The notes under the pieces are model-generated. The model was not told the origin of the DNA, did not search any database, and worked only from the letters and a program-made list of their open reading frames with translations. A program made the position numbers and the translations under genes. A stretch of 64,000 nt of DNA from Macrostomum lignano (lineage: Eukaryota). The stretch lies in the NCBI GenBank assembly GCA_002269645.1, contig NIVC01000793.1, positions 186,001 through 250,000 on the forward strand, given 5' to 3'. Positions 37,695-48,890 of the stretch are shown one piece after another; within the stretch, counting starts at the first letter, position 1, and each line of letters opens with the position of its first letter.

Positions 37695-38640
37695 TCTGGA
37701 AATCGCGCGAACTGGAAATCACGTGACCTGAAATCAAGCAACTGGAAATCACGTGACCTGAAATCGCGCGAACTGGAAATCACGTGACCTGAAATCAAGC
37801 AACTGGAAATCACGTGACCTGAAATCAAGCAACTGGAAATCACGTGACCTGAAATCAAGCAACTGGAAATCACGTGACCTGAAATCAAGCAACTGGAAAT
37901 CACGTGACCTGAAATCAAGCAACTGGAAATCACGTGACCTGAAATCAAGCAACTGGAAATCACGTGACCTGAAATCAAGCAACTGGAAATCACGTGACCT
38001 GAAATCAAGCAACTGGAAATCACGTGACCTGAAATCAAGCAACTGGAAATCACGTGACCTGAAATCAAGCAACTGGAAATCACGTGACCTGAAATCAAGC
38101 AACTGGAAATCACGTGACCTGAAATCAAGCAACTGGAAATCACGTGACCTGAAATCAAGCAACTGGAAATCACGTGACCTGAAATCAAGCAACTGGAAAT
38201 CACGTGACCTGAAATCAAGCAACTGGAAATCACGTGACCTGAAATCAAGCAACTGGAAATCACGTGACCTGAAATCAAGCAACTGGAAATCACGTGACCT
38301 GAAATCAAGCAACTGGAAATCACGTGACCTGAAATCAAGCAACTGGAAATCACGTGACCTGAAATCAAGCAACTGGAAATCACGTGACCTGAAATCAAGC
38401 AACTGGAAATCACGTGACACGAAATCAAGCAACTGGAAATCAAGTGACCGGAAATCACGTGACCTGAAGTCAAGGGACTGGAAATCGTGAATGTAAATCA
38501 CGTGATCGGAAAACGTGCGAACTGGAAATCAAGTGACTGGAAATCACCTGACCTGTAATCAAGCAACCGGAAATCAAGTAACTGTAAATCACACAATCGG
38601 TAATCGCGCGCGAACTGGAAATCACGTGACCGGAAATTAA
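37695..38640. repeat. 30-bp intronic minisatellite with a TCACGTGA palindrome
   Basis: CTGGAAATCACGTGACCTGAAATCAAGCAA, with a homogeneous core at about 37770-38415. Confidence 0.97.
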
Positions 38641-38984
38641 GCTGCTGAAAACTGATTTACTGGATATCAACTGACTGGCGATTAAGCGATTGGACTACGG
38701 AACATAAAGATTAACATAGAAATAAATGCTTATTATAGTGAATATAATAGCCTATTAGTACTCGTAGATCTTCTACCTTCTACAAAGAAGTTCATTGAAT
38801 AATTATCCCTTACCCAGGGCAGAATTACTCTCAGTACTATATACTGACAACCATAGCTTATTCTGTATACTGTAAGCAAACGCATTTCGCATTTATAACA
38901 AGTCTATTTTGTCTATTTGGGTTAGTAGAAAAATTAAAGGCTAACACAACGACTTTTGAACGACTTTTCGCGACCTTTCGCAGC

Positions 38985-40100
38985 AAGGAATGTCTATGGC
39001 TAAACCTCAAAGCAAACCGGTTTCCATGGAATGTCTATGGCTAAACCTCAAAGCAAACCTGGTTTCCAAGGAATGTCTATGGCTAAACCTCAAAGCAAAC
39101 TTGGCTTCCAAGGAATGTCTATGGCTAAACCTCAAAGCAAACTTGGTTTCCAAGGAATGTCTATGGCTAAACCTCACAGCAAACCTGGTTTCCAAGAAAT
39201 GTCTATGGCAAAACCTCAAAGCAAACCTGGTTTCCAAGAAACGTCTATGGCCAAACCTCAAAGCAAACCGGTTTCCATGGAATGTCTATGGCAAAACCTC
39301 AAAGCAAACCCGGTTTCCAAGAAATATCTATGGTCAAACCTCAAAGCAAACCGGTTTCCATGGAATGTCTATGGCTAAACCTCAAAGCAAACTTGGTTTC
39401 CAAGAAACGTCTATGGCCAAACCTCAAAGCAAACCGGTTTCCATGGAATGTCTATGGCAAAACCTCAAAGCAAACCCGGTTTCCAAGAAATGTCTATGGT
39501 CAAACCTCAAAGCAAACCCGGTTTCCAAGAAATGTCTATGGTCAAACCTCAAAGCAAACCGGTTTCCATGGAATGTCTATGGCAAAACCTCAAAGCAAAC
39601 CCGGTTTCCAAGGAATGTCTATGGCAAAACCTCAAAGCAAACCGGTTTCCATGGAATGTCTATGGCAAAACCTCAAAGCAAACTTGGTTTCCAAGAAACG
39701 TCTATGGCCAAACCTCAAAGCAAACCGGTTTCCATGGAATGTCTATGGTCAAACCTCAAAGCAAACCCGGTTTCCAAGAAATGTCTATGGTCAAACCTCA
39801 AAGCAAACCCGGTTTCCAAGAAATGTCTATGGTCAAACATCAAAAAAAAAGGTTTCCATGGAATGTCTATGGCAAAACCTCAAAGCAAACCCGGTTTCCA
39901 AGGAATGTCTATGGCAAAACCTCAAAGCAAACCCGGTTTCCAAGAAATGTCTATGGTCAAACCTCAAAGCAAACCGGTTTCCATGGAATGTCTATGGCTA
40001 AACCTCAAAGCAAACTTGGTTTCCAAGAAATGTCTATGGTCAAACCTCAAAGCAAACCGGTTTCCATGGAATGTCTATGGCAAAACCTCAAAGCAAACTT
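38985..40100. repeat. 41-42 bp intronic minisatellite
   Basis: GGAATGTCTATGGCAAAACCTCAAAGCAAAC(C)CGGTTTCCA. Confidence 0.97.
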
Positions 40101-40126
40101 TGTTTCCCAAAAGCCCAAATTTTTAC

Positions 40127-40830
40127 CTGAAAGGTGAGCTCGTGCAGCAGCGGAGTGACGGGATCGGCCCCCCTGTCCAGCACAATCAGCAGGCTGCGAT
40201 CCTTCTGCGGCCCCTCGCCCATGGAGGGATCGTCAGCTTTGTACTGCTCCAGCTTGAAGTTGATAGCGTTGGCGAACTGATGGTTGGTCTCGTTGAATGC
40301 CCGGTAGCGAATAGTGGGAAATTCGCCTAGCGAGGCGCACAGGGTGGCGATCTGCTCGGCGATGCGGTCCAGGTGCTGCGCTTTGCCAGCCTGGTTGCCA
40401 AGGAAATAATGGAAAATCGTGTCCGGACTATCCAGACTGAACACCTGGCTCTCGTACGGCAGGAAAGCGATGTTGATCTCTTTCAGAGTCTTAATAAACT
40501 TGCTAGTTGGACTTTTGCACAGCTCGCTAAACAGGTCGTCTGGACAGGCCTCGGTGAAGAACACGTGAGCGGCGCGGTATTGCATTCGGACCCCGCTGAA
40601 GTCCGCCATCAGCAGCTGGACAGATTCGCGGGTCGGCTGCAACAAATAAATTGCTTCTAGGGGCAGTGGTTCGCGTTTCTTGGACACGTCCTCCACCAGG
40701 GTGATGCCCTCGGACATGATCTCGTGCATGCGGCAGCAGGCGCTGATCATGCGCATTGACAGCTTGTCCACGATCAGCACCTTCCAGTCGCCCTCCTTCT
40801 TCAGCGAGTGGATCACCTCGCGCATGATTT
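40127..40830 (-). CDS. unc-18: Unc-18/Munc18 exon 2 (first exon found; phase 1 start)
   Basis: IMREVI...[18 protein letters not shown]...[17 protein letters not shown]...[18 protein letters not shown]. caccag|704 nt|gtaaaa. Confidence 0.96.
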
Positions 40831-40929
40831 CTGGTGGGGGATGGGAATCGAAATTCAATGCTTTGGTGTGGAGTTAAGGATTAGTCTCGGACATATATGA
40901 GCACAGGTGATTGGAAACTATTCATAGTA

Positions 40930-41828
40930 CAAGGATCTGGGAATACCGCAGATCTACAGTACGGCCCCTCGCAGATCTATGAGGGGTGGAACATTGCAGA
41001 TTTACAGTATGAGGATTGGAATATTGCAGATTTACAGTATGAGGATTGGAATATTGCAGATTTACAGTTACAGTATGAGGATTGGAATATTGCAGATTTA
41101 AAGTACAGGGATTTCTTGGGAATACAGCCGATCTGCAATATGAGGTTCTAGAATATTTCAGATTTATAAATATAAAGATCTGAGGATTAAGGAATATTGC
41201 AGATCTATAGTATGAGGATCTGGGAATACTGCAGATCTACAGTATGAGGATCTGGGAATACTGCAGATCTACAGTATGAGGATCTGGGAATACTGCAGAT
41301 CTACAGTATGAGGATCTGGGAATACTGCAGATCTACAGTATGAGGATCTGGGAATACTACAGATCTACAGTATGAGGATCTGGGAATACTGCAGATCTAC
41401 AAGTATGAGGATCTGGGAATACTGTAGATCTACAGTATGAGGATCTGGGAATACTACAGATCTACAGTATGAGGATCTGGGAATACTACAGATCTACAGT
41501 ATGAGGATCTGGGAATACTGCAGATATACAGTATGAGGATCTTGGAATACTACAGATCTACAGTATGAGGATCTGGGAATACTGCAGATCTACAGTATGA
41601 GGATCTGGGAATACTGCAGATCTACAGTATGAGGATCTGGGAATACTGCAGATCTACAGTATGAGGATCTGGGAATACTACAGATCTACAGTATGAGGAT
41701 CTGGGAATACTGCAGATCTACAAGTATGAGGATCTGGGAATACTGTAGATCTACAGTATGAGGATCTGGGAATACTACAGATCTACAGTATGAGGATCTG
41801 GGAATACTGCAGATCTACAGTATGAGGA
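40930..41828. repeat. 32-bp palindromic minisatellite, left part
   Basis: TGGGAATACTGCAGATCTACAGTATGAGGATC, containing the near-palindrome ATACTGCAGATCTACAGTAT. Confidence 0.96.
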
Positions 41829-42529
41829 TCTTCCATTCCATCCATTCCAATATACTAAAAATGGTCTGTCGGTATGTGTGTGTGTGTATGTGTGTGTGTG
41901 TGATCGATTTTAGCAAAAACGGCTCAACCGATTTTCTTCGAACTTGCACTGTTCGATCAGAAATTTTCCCGTGACAGTACATGCATCGTGGCTAAGAAAT
42001 TGCTTGATGCTAAAGGGATTAAATATTCGAAAAACATGCTTTTTTGCAAAGGTCAAGCAGCTCTTTCGACTTGAAATGCATCGTAAGAATGCTAGCAGAA
42101 AAACTGACTGGTTGAATTCTGATTCTGAAATAGATTGCATCACAATACACTTTATTTATCGTCTGTGTACTGGCTGAATTTGACACTCAATTGAATTGCG
42201 TCACAGCTTTGAGTGTGAAAGCATAGCGCAGTACTGAATTTATATTACGTAACCATATTGTAAACTTTCATAGACACTGGTACTGACTTGCCTAAGAAAT
42301 TGATTATGTCATAACTGCTTCGTGAGACTTTTTACTCTACCTGACTTGGTGTGAGTGTTGAATTATATAAGTGGTACAACATCACTGATAACTTCGATGA
42401 GAGCTAGCCTAGAGCTGAACAGACCAGACTGCTAATGCAGCGACCTAGGTTCGAATCTAAGTAGTTTAAAAGTAGTAGTGTAAAATTTTTTATTAAAAGG
42501 TTTTATTAAAGGACTAAATAAAAACACTT

Positions 42530-44945
42530 AGATTACTGCACTCGATAAGCCAAGGATTATTGCTATTAATAAACCAAGGACTACTGCACTTGGAAAACCA
42601 AGGATTACTGCACTCGATAAACCAAGGACTATTGCTATTAATAAACCAAGGATTACGGCACTTGGAAAACCAAGGATTACTGCACTCGATAAACCAAGGA
42701 CTATTGCTCTTGGCAAACCAAGGATTACTGCACTCAAGAAGCCAAGAATTATTGCACTTGGAAAACCAAGGATTAATGCACTCGATAAACCAAGGACTAT
42801 TGCTCTTGGCAAACCAAGGATTACTGCACTCAAGAAGCCAAGGATTATTGCTATTAATAAACCAAGGACTACTGCACTCGATAAACCAAGGACTATTGCT
42901 CTTGGCAAACCAAAGATTACTGCACTTGATTAATCAAGGATTATTGCTATTAATAAACCAAGGATTACGGCACTTGGAAAACCAAGGATTATTGCACTCG
43001 ATAAACCAAGGACTATTGCTCTTGGCAAACCAAGGATTACTGCACTCAAGAAGCCAAGAATTATTGCACTTGGAAAACCAAGGATTAATGCACTCGATAA
43101 ACCAAGGACTATTGCTCTTGGCAAACCAAGGATTACTGCACTCAAGAAGCCAAGGATTATTGCTATTAATAAACCAAGGATTACTGCACTTGGAAAACCA
43201 AGGATTACTGCACTCGATAAACCAAGGACTATTGCTCTTGGCAAACCAAGGATTACTGCACTCAAGAAGCCAAGGATTATTGCACTTGGAAAACCAAGGA
43301 TTACTGCACTCGATAAACCAAGGACTATTGCACTTGATAGGCCAAAGATTACTGCGCTTGATAAACCAAGGATTATTGCACTTGATAAACCAAGGATTAT
43401 TGCACTTGATAAGCCAAGGATTACTGCGCTTGATAAACCAAGGATTATTGCACTTGATAAACAAAGGATTATTGCACTTGATAAACAAAGGATTATTGCA
43501 CTTGATAAACCAAGGATTATTGCACTTGATAAGCCAAGGATTATTGCACTTGATAGTAAAGAATGTTGCACTTGATAAGCCAAGGATTAATGCACTGGAT
43601 TATTCAAGGATTATTGATATTAATAAACCAAGGACTACTGCACTCGATAAACCAAGGATTATTGCTCTTAATAAACCAAGGATTACTGCACTTGGAAAAC
43701 TAAGGATTACTGCACTCGATAAACCAAAGACTATTGCACTTGATAAACCAAGGATTATTGCACTTGATAGGCCAAGGATTACTGCACTTGATAAACCAAG
43801 GATTATTGCACTTGATAGGCCAAAGATTACTGCGCTTGATAAACCAAGGATTATTGCACTTGATAAGCCAAGGATTATTGCACTTGATAAACCAAGGATT
43901 ATTGCAGTTGATAAGCCAAGGATTATTGCATCTGATAAACCAAAGATTATTGCACTTGATAAACCAAGGATTATTGCACTTGATAAACCAAGGATTATTG
44001 CACTTGATAGGCCAAAGATTACTGCGCTTGATAAACCAAGGATTATTGCACTTGATAAACCAAGGATTATTGCAGTTGATAAGCCAAGGATTATTGCATC
44101 TGATAAACCAAGGATTATTGCAGTTGATAAGCCAAGGATTATTGCATCTGATAAACCAAGGATTATTGCACTTGATAAACCAAGGATTATTGCACTTGAT
44201 AAACCAAGGATTATTGCACTTGATAAACCAAGGATTATTGCTCTTGGCAAACCAAGGATTACTGCACTCGATAAGCCAAGGATTATTGCTCTTAATAAAC
44301 CAAGGATTACTGCACTTGGAAAACTAAGGATTACTGCACTCGATAAACTAAGGATTATTGCTCTTGGCAAACCAAGGATTATTGCACTTGATAGGCCAAG
44401 GATTACTGCACTTGATAAACCAAGGATTATTGCACTTGATAAACCAAGGATTATTTCACTTGATAAGCCAAGGATTATTGCACTTGATAGGCCAAGGATT
44501 ACTGCGCTTGATAAACCAAGGACTATTGCACTTGATAAACCAAGGATTATTGCAGTTGATAAGCCAAGGATTATTGCACTTGATAAACCAAGGATTATTG
44601 CACTTGATAAACCAAGGATTATTGCACTTGATAAACCAAGGATTATTGCACTTGATAGGCCAAGGATTACTGCACTTGATAAACCAAGGATTATTGCACT
44701 TGATAGGCCAAATATTACTGCGCTTGATAAACCAAGGATTATTGCACTTGATAAACAAAGGATTATTGCACTTGATAAACCAAGGATTATTGCACTTGAT
44801 AAGCCAAAGATTACTGCACTTGATAAACCAAGGATTATTGCACTTGATAAACCAAGGATTATTGCACTTGATTAATCAAGGATTATTGCTATTAATAAAC
44901 CAAGGATTATTGCACTAGCTGAGAAGCTGATTACTGCGCTGTCTA
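42530..44945. repeat. 24-bp satellite inside the Helitron
   Basis: AAACCAAGGATTATTGCACTTGAT. It explains the IIALDKPR ORF. Confidence 0.97.
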
Positions 44946-45039
44946 AAAAAGAGATTATTGCGCTCGCTGAGACGTGGATTGTTGCACAACCTGAGAAAGC
45001 GATTATTGCATTAGCGGAAGTAACATTTGCACTAGCTAC

Positions 45040-45440
45040 TTGCTGTCTCGTGGATGCTTGCTCTCGAGGGGGATACTTGCTATTTGGGAGAGGGGGTACT
45101 GGCTACATGCATGGGATTCTTTCTATCCAGGGATGCTTGCTATTCAGGGATTCTTGCTATCTGCAGGATGCTTGCTATTTAGGGATTCTTGCTATCTGCA
45201 GGATGCTTGCTATCTGGGTGGATGCTTCTATAATATCTGGGGGGTGCTTGCTATCTGCAGGATGCTTCTATAATATCTGGGGGTGCTTGATATCTGCAGA
45301 ATGCTTGCTATCTGAGTGGATGCTTGCTATCTGGGTGGATGCTTCTATAATATCTGGGGGGTGCTTGCTAATCTGCAGATGCTTGCTATCTGTGGTGATT
45401 CTTGCTATGAGCATTAGAGGATGCTTGCTATCTGCGATTG
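45040..45440. repeat. Degenerate repeat (GGATGCTTGCTATCTG core) inside the Helitron
   Basis: The motif recurs across the interval. Confidence 0.85.
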
Positions 45441-45712
45441 TTCACTTTTGGAGGGGGTTGCTTGCTGTCTTGGGAATATTTTCTATTTAGTGAAACGATA
45501 TTTTGTTGACTGTTTGTTAATTTTAGAGAAAAAGTGATTTTTTAATTTTGCAAACATCTTAGTCCGTGACAATTTTACACGAATAAGGTGATTTTTAAAA
45601 TGTGAAGAAGGAATTAGTGTTTAAGAAAATGTGTTTTTTTATTGTTTTCCATGAACTATTTTTGCTCCTTTCTTATTGGGCGCCCCGAAGGGGGGCCGCA
45701 CTAGATTGCTAG

Positions 45713-46135
45713 TCTGGGAATACTACAGATCTACAGTATGAGGATCTGGGAATACTGTAGATCTACAGAATGAGGATCTGGGAATACTGCAGATATACAG
45801 TATGAGGATCTTGGAATACTACAGATCTACAGTATGAGGATCTGGGAATACTGCAGATCTACAGTATGAGGATCTGGGAATACTGCAGATCTACAGTATG
45901 AGGATCTGGGAATATGCAGATCTACAGTATAAGGATCTGGGAATACTGCAGATCTACAGCATGAGGATCTAGGAATACTGCAGATCTATAGTATAAGGAT
46001 CTGGGAATACTGCAGATCTGCAATGTGAGGTTCTAGAATATTTTAGATCTATAATATAAAGATATATGAGGATTAAGGAATATTGCAGATTTATAGTATA
46101 AGGATCTAGAAATATTGCAGATCTATAGTATCCAT
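45713..46135. repeat. 32-bp palindromic minisatellite, right part
   Basis: Same unit and phase as 40930-41828. Confidence 0.95.
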
Positions 46136-46199
46136 ATAATAAAAATGGTAAGGAACTAAGAATGCCATTTTATAATTTGAAGTTAGAATACTGATTGTT

Positions 46200-46465
46200 G
46201 CTTTTTAGTTAAATATTTTTTCTAGCATTCTTACAATGCATTTCAAGTTGAAAGAGCTGCTTGACATTTGCAAAAAAGCATGTTTTTTAAACATTTAATC
46301 ACTTTAATATTGAGCAATTTCTTAGCTAAGACATATGTACTGTCATTGGAAAACTTCTAATCAAACAATGCAAGTTTGAAGAAAATTGGTTGAACCATTT
46401 TTGTTTAAATTGATCACATATACATGCATATATAGATAGACAATTTTTGGTGTATAGTGGATAAA
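46200..46465 (-). mobile_element. Second, inverted, AT-eroded 5' fragment of the same Helitron family
   Basis: The reverse complement aligns by eye to about 41840-42110. Confidence 0.85.
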
Positions 46466-47010
46466 TAAATAATATAACTAAATATTAAGTTTGTATCATT
46501 TTAAAGCATGGAAAGGTTTTGTAGCTTTTAATAAATTCTTTATGATTTATTTAAAATAATGCTTCTAAGTTTTATAATTTCTGAACAATTTTATTTATAG
46601 AACTATAAGAATAGCCTTTAAATATAAGTACTACTTGTTAAATTTTATAAAAAAGATAAATATATATCACAATTTGGCATAATAATTTATAAATATCTTA
46701 ATATTTATTATTAGAAAACTAGACTTCAAAAACAAAAATGATTTGAATAAAAATATATATAATACTATAAAGGTTTTTTATAATTAATAAATTTAATTAT
46801 ATATAGTATATAAAAATTCTTAGTTATAAATTAAATTTTTATAGACAAATAAAACTGAGCAATTTGGCAATAACACTGTATCTTGTTGACTCTAATCTGG
46901 TAAAAATAATGCAAAATAAATTCCAATAAGCCCTTAATATTATTGTTATTAGTAAGATTTTTGAAAGTGAAATACCTAAGTTTGTATTATATCTACAATA
47001 TGGACTTGGC

Positions 47011-47561
47011 GGCAATCTTCAAGTTTCGTTCGTTAAATTATTTTCCAATGATTTCTAAACTATCTTGCTCTGAGATGATTATTTTTGAGCTCTCCAGTGT
47101 ACCCAGCCCTTTCCTAGCTGAAAAAGTAGCAGCTTTGTTAATATTAACCTCTAAGGTACTGTAAAGCCGTTGGTAGGCAAAGGAATGTCTATGGCCCATA
47201 TTACGGTAACGTAATGATGACGTGGCTTTCACTGATGTGGCATTTTAGCAAAGAACATCTATGGGGAATAAAGATGCTACTGTACGCAGCTTTAGGAGTG
47301 GCATGGAGTAATATCATCAGCAGTTAATAGACAAGCAGCTAATACACTATAAGACACTAATACACTACATGTTAGCTTTGCTTGTTTGCATCTTATATTT
47401 CTGGCTTTATGGTACCTTAGAGGTTAATATTAACAAAGCTGCTACTTTCTCAGCTAGGAAAGGGCTGGGTACACTGGAGAGCTCGAAAATAATCATCTCA
47501 GAGCAAGATAGTTTAGAAATCATTGAAAAAATAATTTAATGAACAAAACTTGAAGATTGCC
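47011..47561. mobile_element. Merlin-like MITE, about 150-bp TIRs, 8-bp TSD
   Basis: GGCAATCTTCAAG... and ...CTTGAAGATTGCC arms. GACTTGGC at 47003-47010 and 47562-47569. GG termini plus an 8-bp TSD fit Merlin. Confidence 0.82.
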
Positions 47562-48479
47562 GACTTGGCTACTATGACTTGGGTATACCTTTGACTGGCT
47601 AACTTTATTTATTTAAATTGAATTTAAATATCTTGAGTTAAAAAATACCTGAATAACTGAATTTAACCAACTAATAATTCTACTACAACATTATGCTATG
47701 TTTTCTAAATAGGCCCTAGTTCTTTAATCATAAGAAATCAAAGTAATTAAATATATAAAATTATATATATTTAACCCCTAACAAAAATGAAAAAACACAA
47801 AAACTTAATAATTGACTACTTACTCGATGCAACAGCCGATTTAAGAGCCATATTTAACTCTATGATAATGGGATCAGATAACCAACAAGAGAGAACAACA
47901 AATTTGCAGAAAATTCGGTTTCTAAAAAAATGTTTATCACATTCAAATGTGTGCAATTTGACTTAGTAAAACTAAGTCATACTAATATATATTATCTATC
48001 ACATTAAAACGCATCAAAAGCAACTAACATCACTCTTAATTTTTTATAGTATTTTATTAGCGCACTAGGAGGAGAACTCGTTAAATTTAATCTATTTGTC
48101 ATTACATGGTCAAGGACGCGACTTATCAACTATCGTCAAACTAATATATGATTTTGCAGTTAATCCCAATACCTACAGGGATTGCTGCAAGGCCTATGAC
48201 CACCTATGACCAGTCTTCTGGAGCACTTTGGCTTTGAGGCGAACTAAAAAGTGCACCCTGCTTTCTTGTCAGGATTTGATCTTCCTGGCTGTTCGAATTC
48301 AGAGACATGTCGCAGGCTTGTCTCTTCTTTCAGAAAAGCTGCATTAGCTGCGAGAGTTGCTCACTGACTGTCTTTCCGCTAGACAAGTCTACTTCTTTCG
48401 TGCGTCGCCATTCCGGGAAGTTGAGCTGTTTTTTTCAGGTGTAGCAACAAATTCGCATGCTCTTTTGCTCCATAATCGA

Positions 48480-48890
48480 GTTTACCGCGAGAAGCCAAGC
48501 TGTGGGAGATCACCGCGAGTGCGCATTTACGAGAGTTTTCGGCAACTTCTGCAATGGTGAGTTGCTACCACAATCACCTGATCTGGCCCGTCTGGCTGTG
48601 GAGATTGACGTCTGCATCAGTGGCTATTCTATCAGTTATCAACTATTTTCAGCATTCGCTGCTTCCGCGATTGTTTTTTCGTGGATTTTGCCTCAGTCAT
48701 GGACGGCTTCTTTGGTCGATATGCACATCAGTTACAAGGAGGCTGCCATCGCTTCTCTCACTTTGCTGCGGTTTCGTGACGGCTTCATCAGGCCCAGGTG
48801 GTTAATTTCTACAGCAACAAATAAGCGGCTGTCCGAATGCTCAACCGTGGCTCTGCTAAGTGTCCCATCATGAATATCATTCTGATGCAG
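48480..48890 (+). pseudogene. Decayed DIRS/Ngaro-type RNase H fragment
   Basis: FCNG...EIDVCISGY; W...HISYKE; and in a shifted frame VNFYSNK*AAVRMLNRGSAKCPIM. These resemble tyrosine-recombinase retroelement RNase H motifs. Confidence 0.55.

Larger units (their letters stand above)
41829..45712 (+). mobile_element. Non-autonomous Helitron (3884 bp) carrying internal satellites
   Basis: Inserted A|TC...CTAG|T in the 32-bp array (gagga|tctt ... gctag|tctggg restores the unit). 3' GC hairpin gccccgaaggggg; 5' (TG)n and AACGGCTCAACCGATTT motif typical of Lep1-like Helitrons. Confidence 0.85.

Noticed and set aside
42400-42465. tRNA-Ser(GCT) gene
   Set aside because: GACTGCTAAT and GGTTCGAATC are present but there are no matching acceptor or D stems; at most a SINE remnant.
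35940-44918. Long repetitive ORFs ([36 protein letters not shown])
   Set aside because: They lie within unc-18 introns or the Helitron and are open in multiple frames because the units lack stops.
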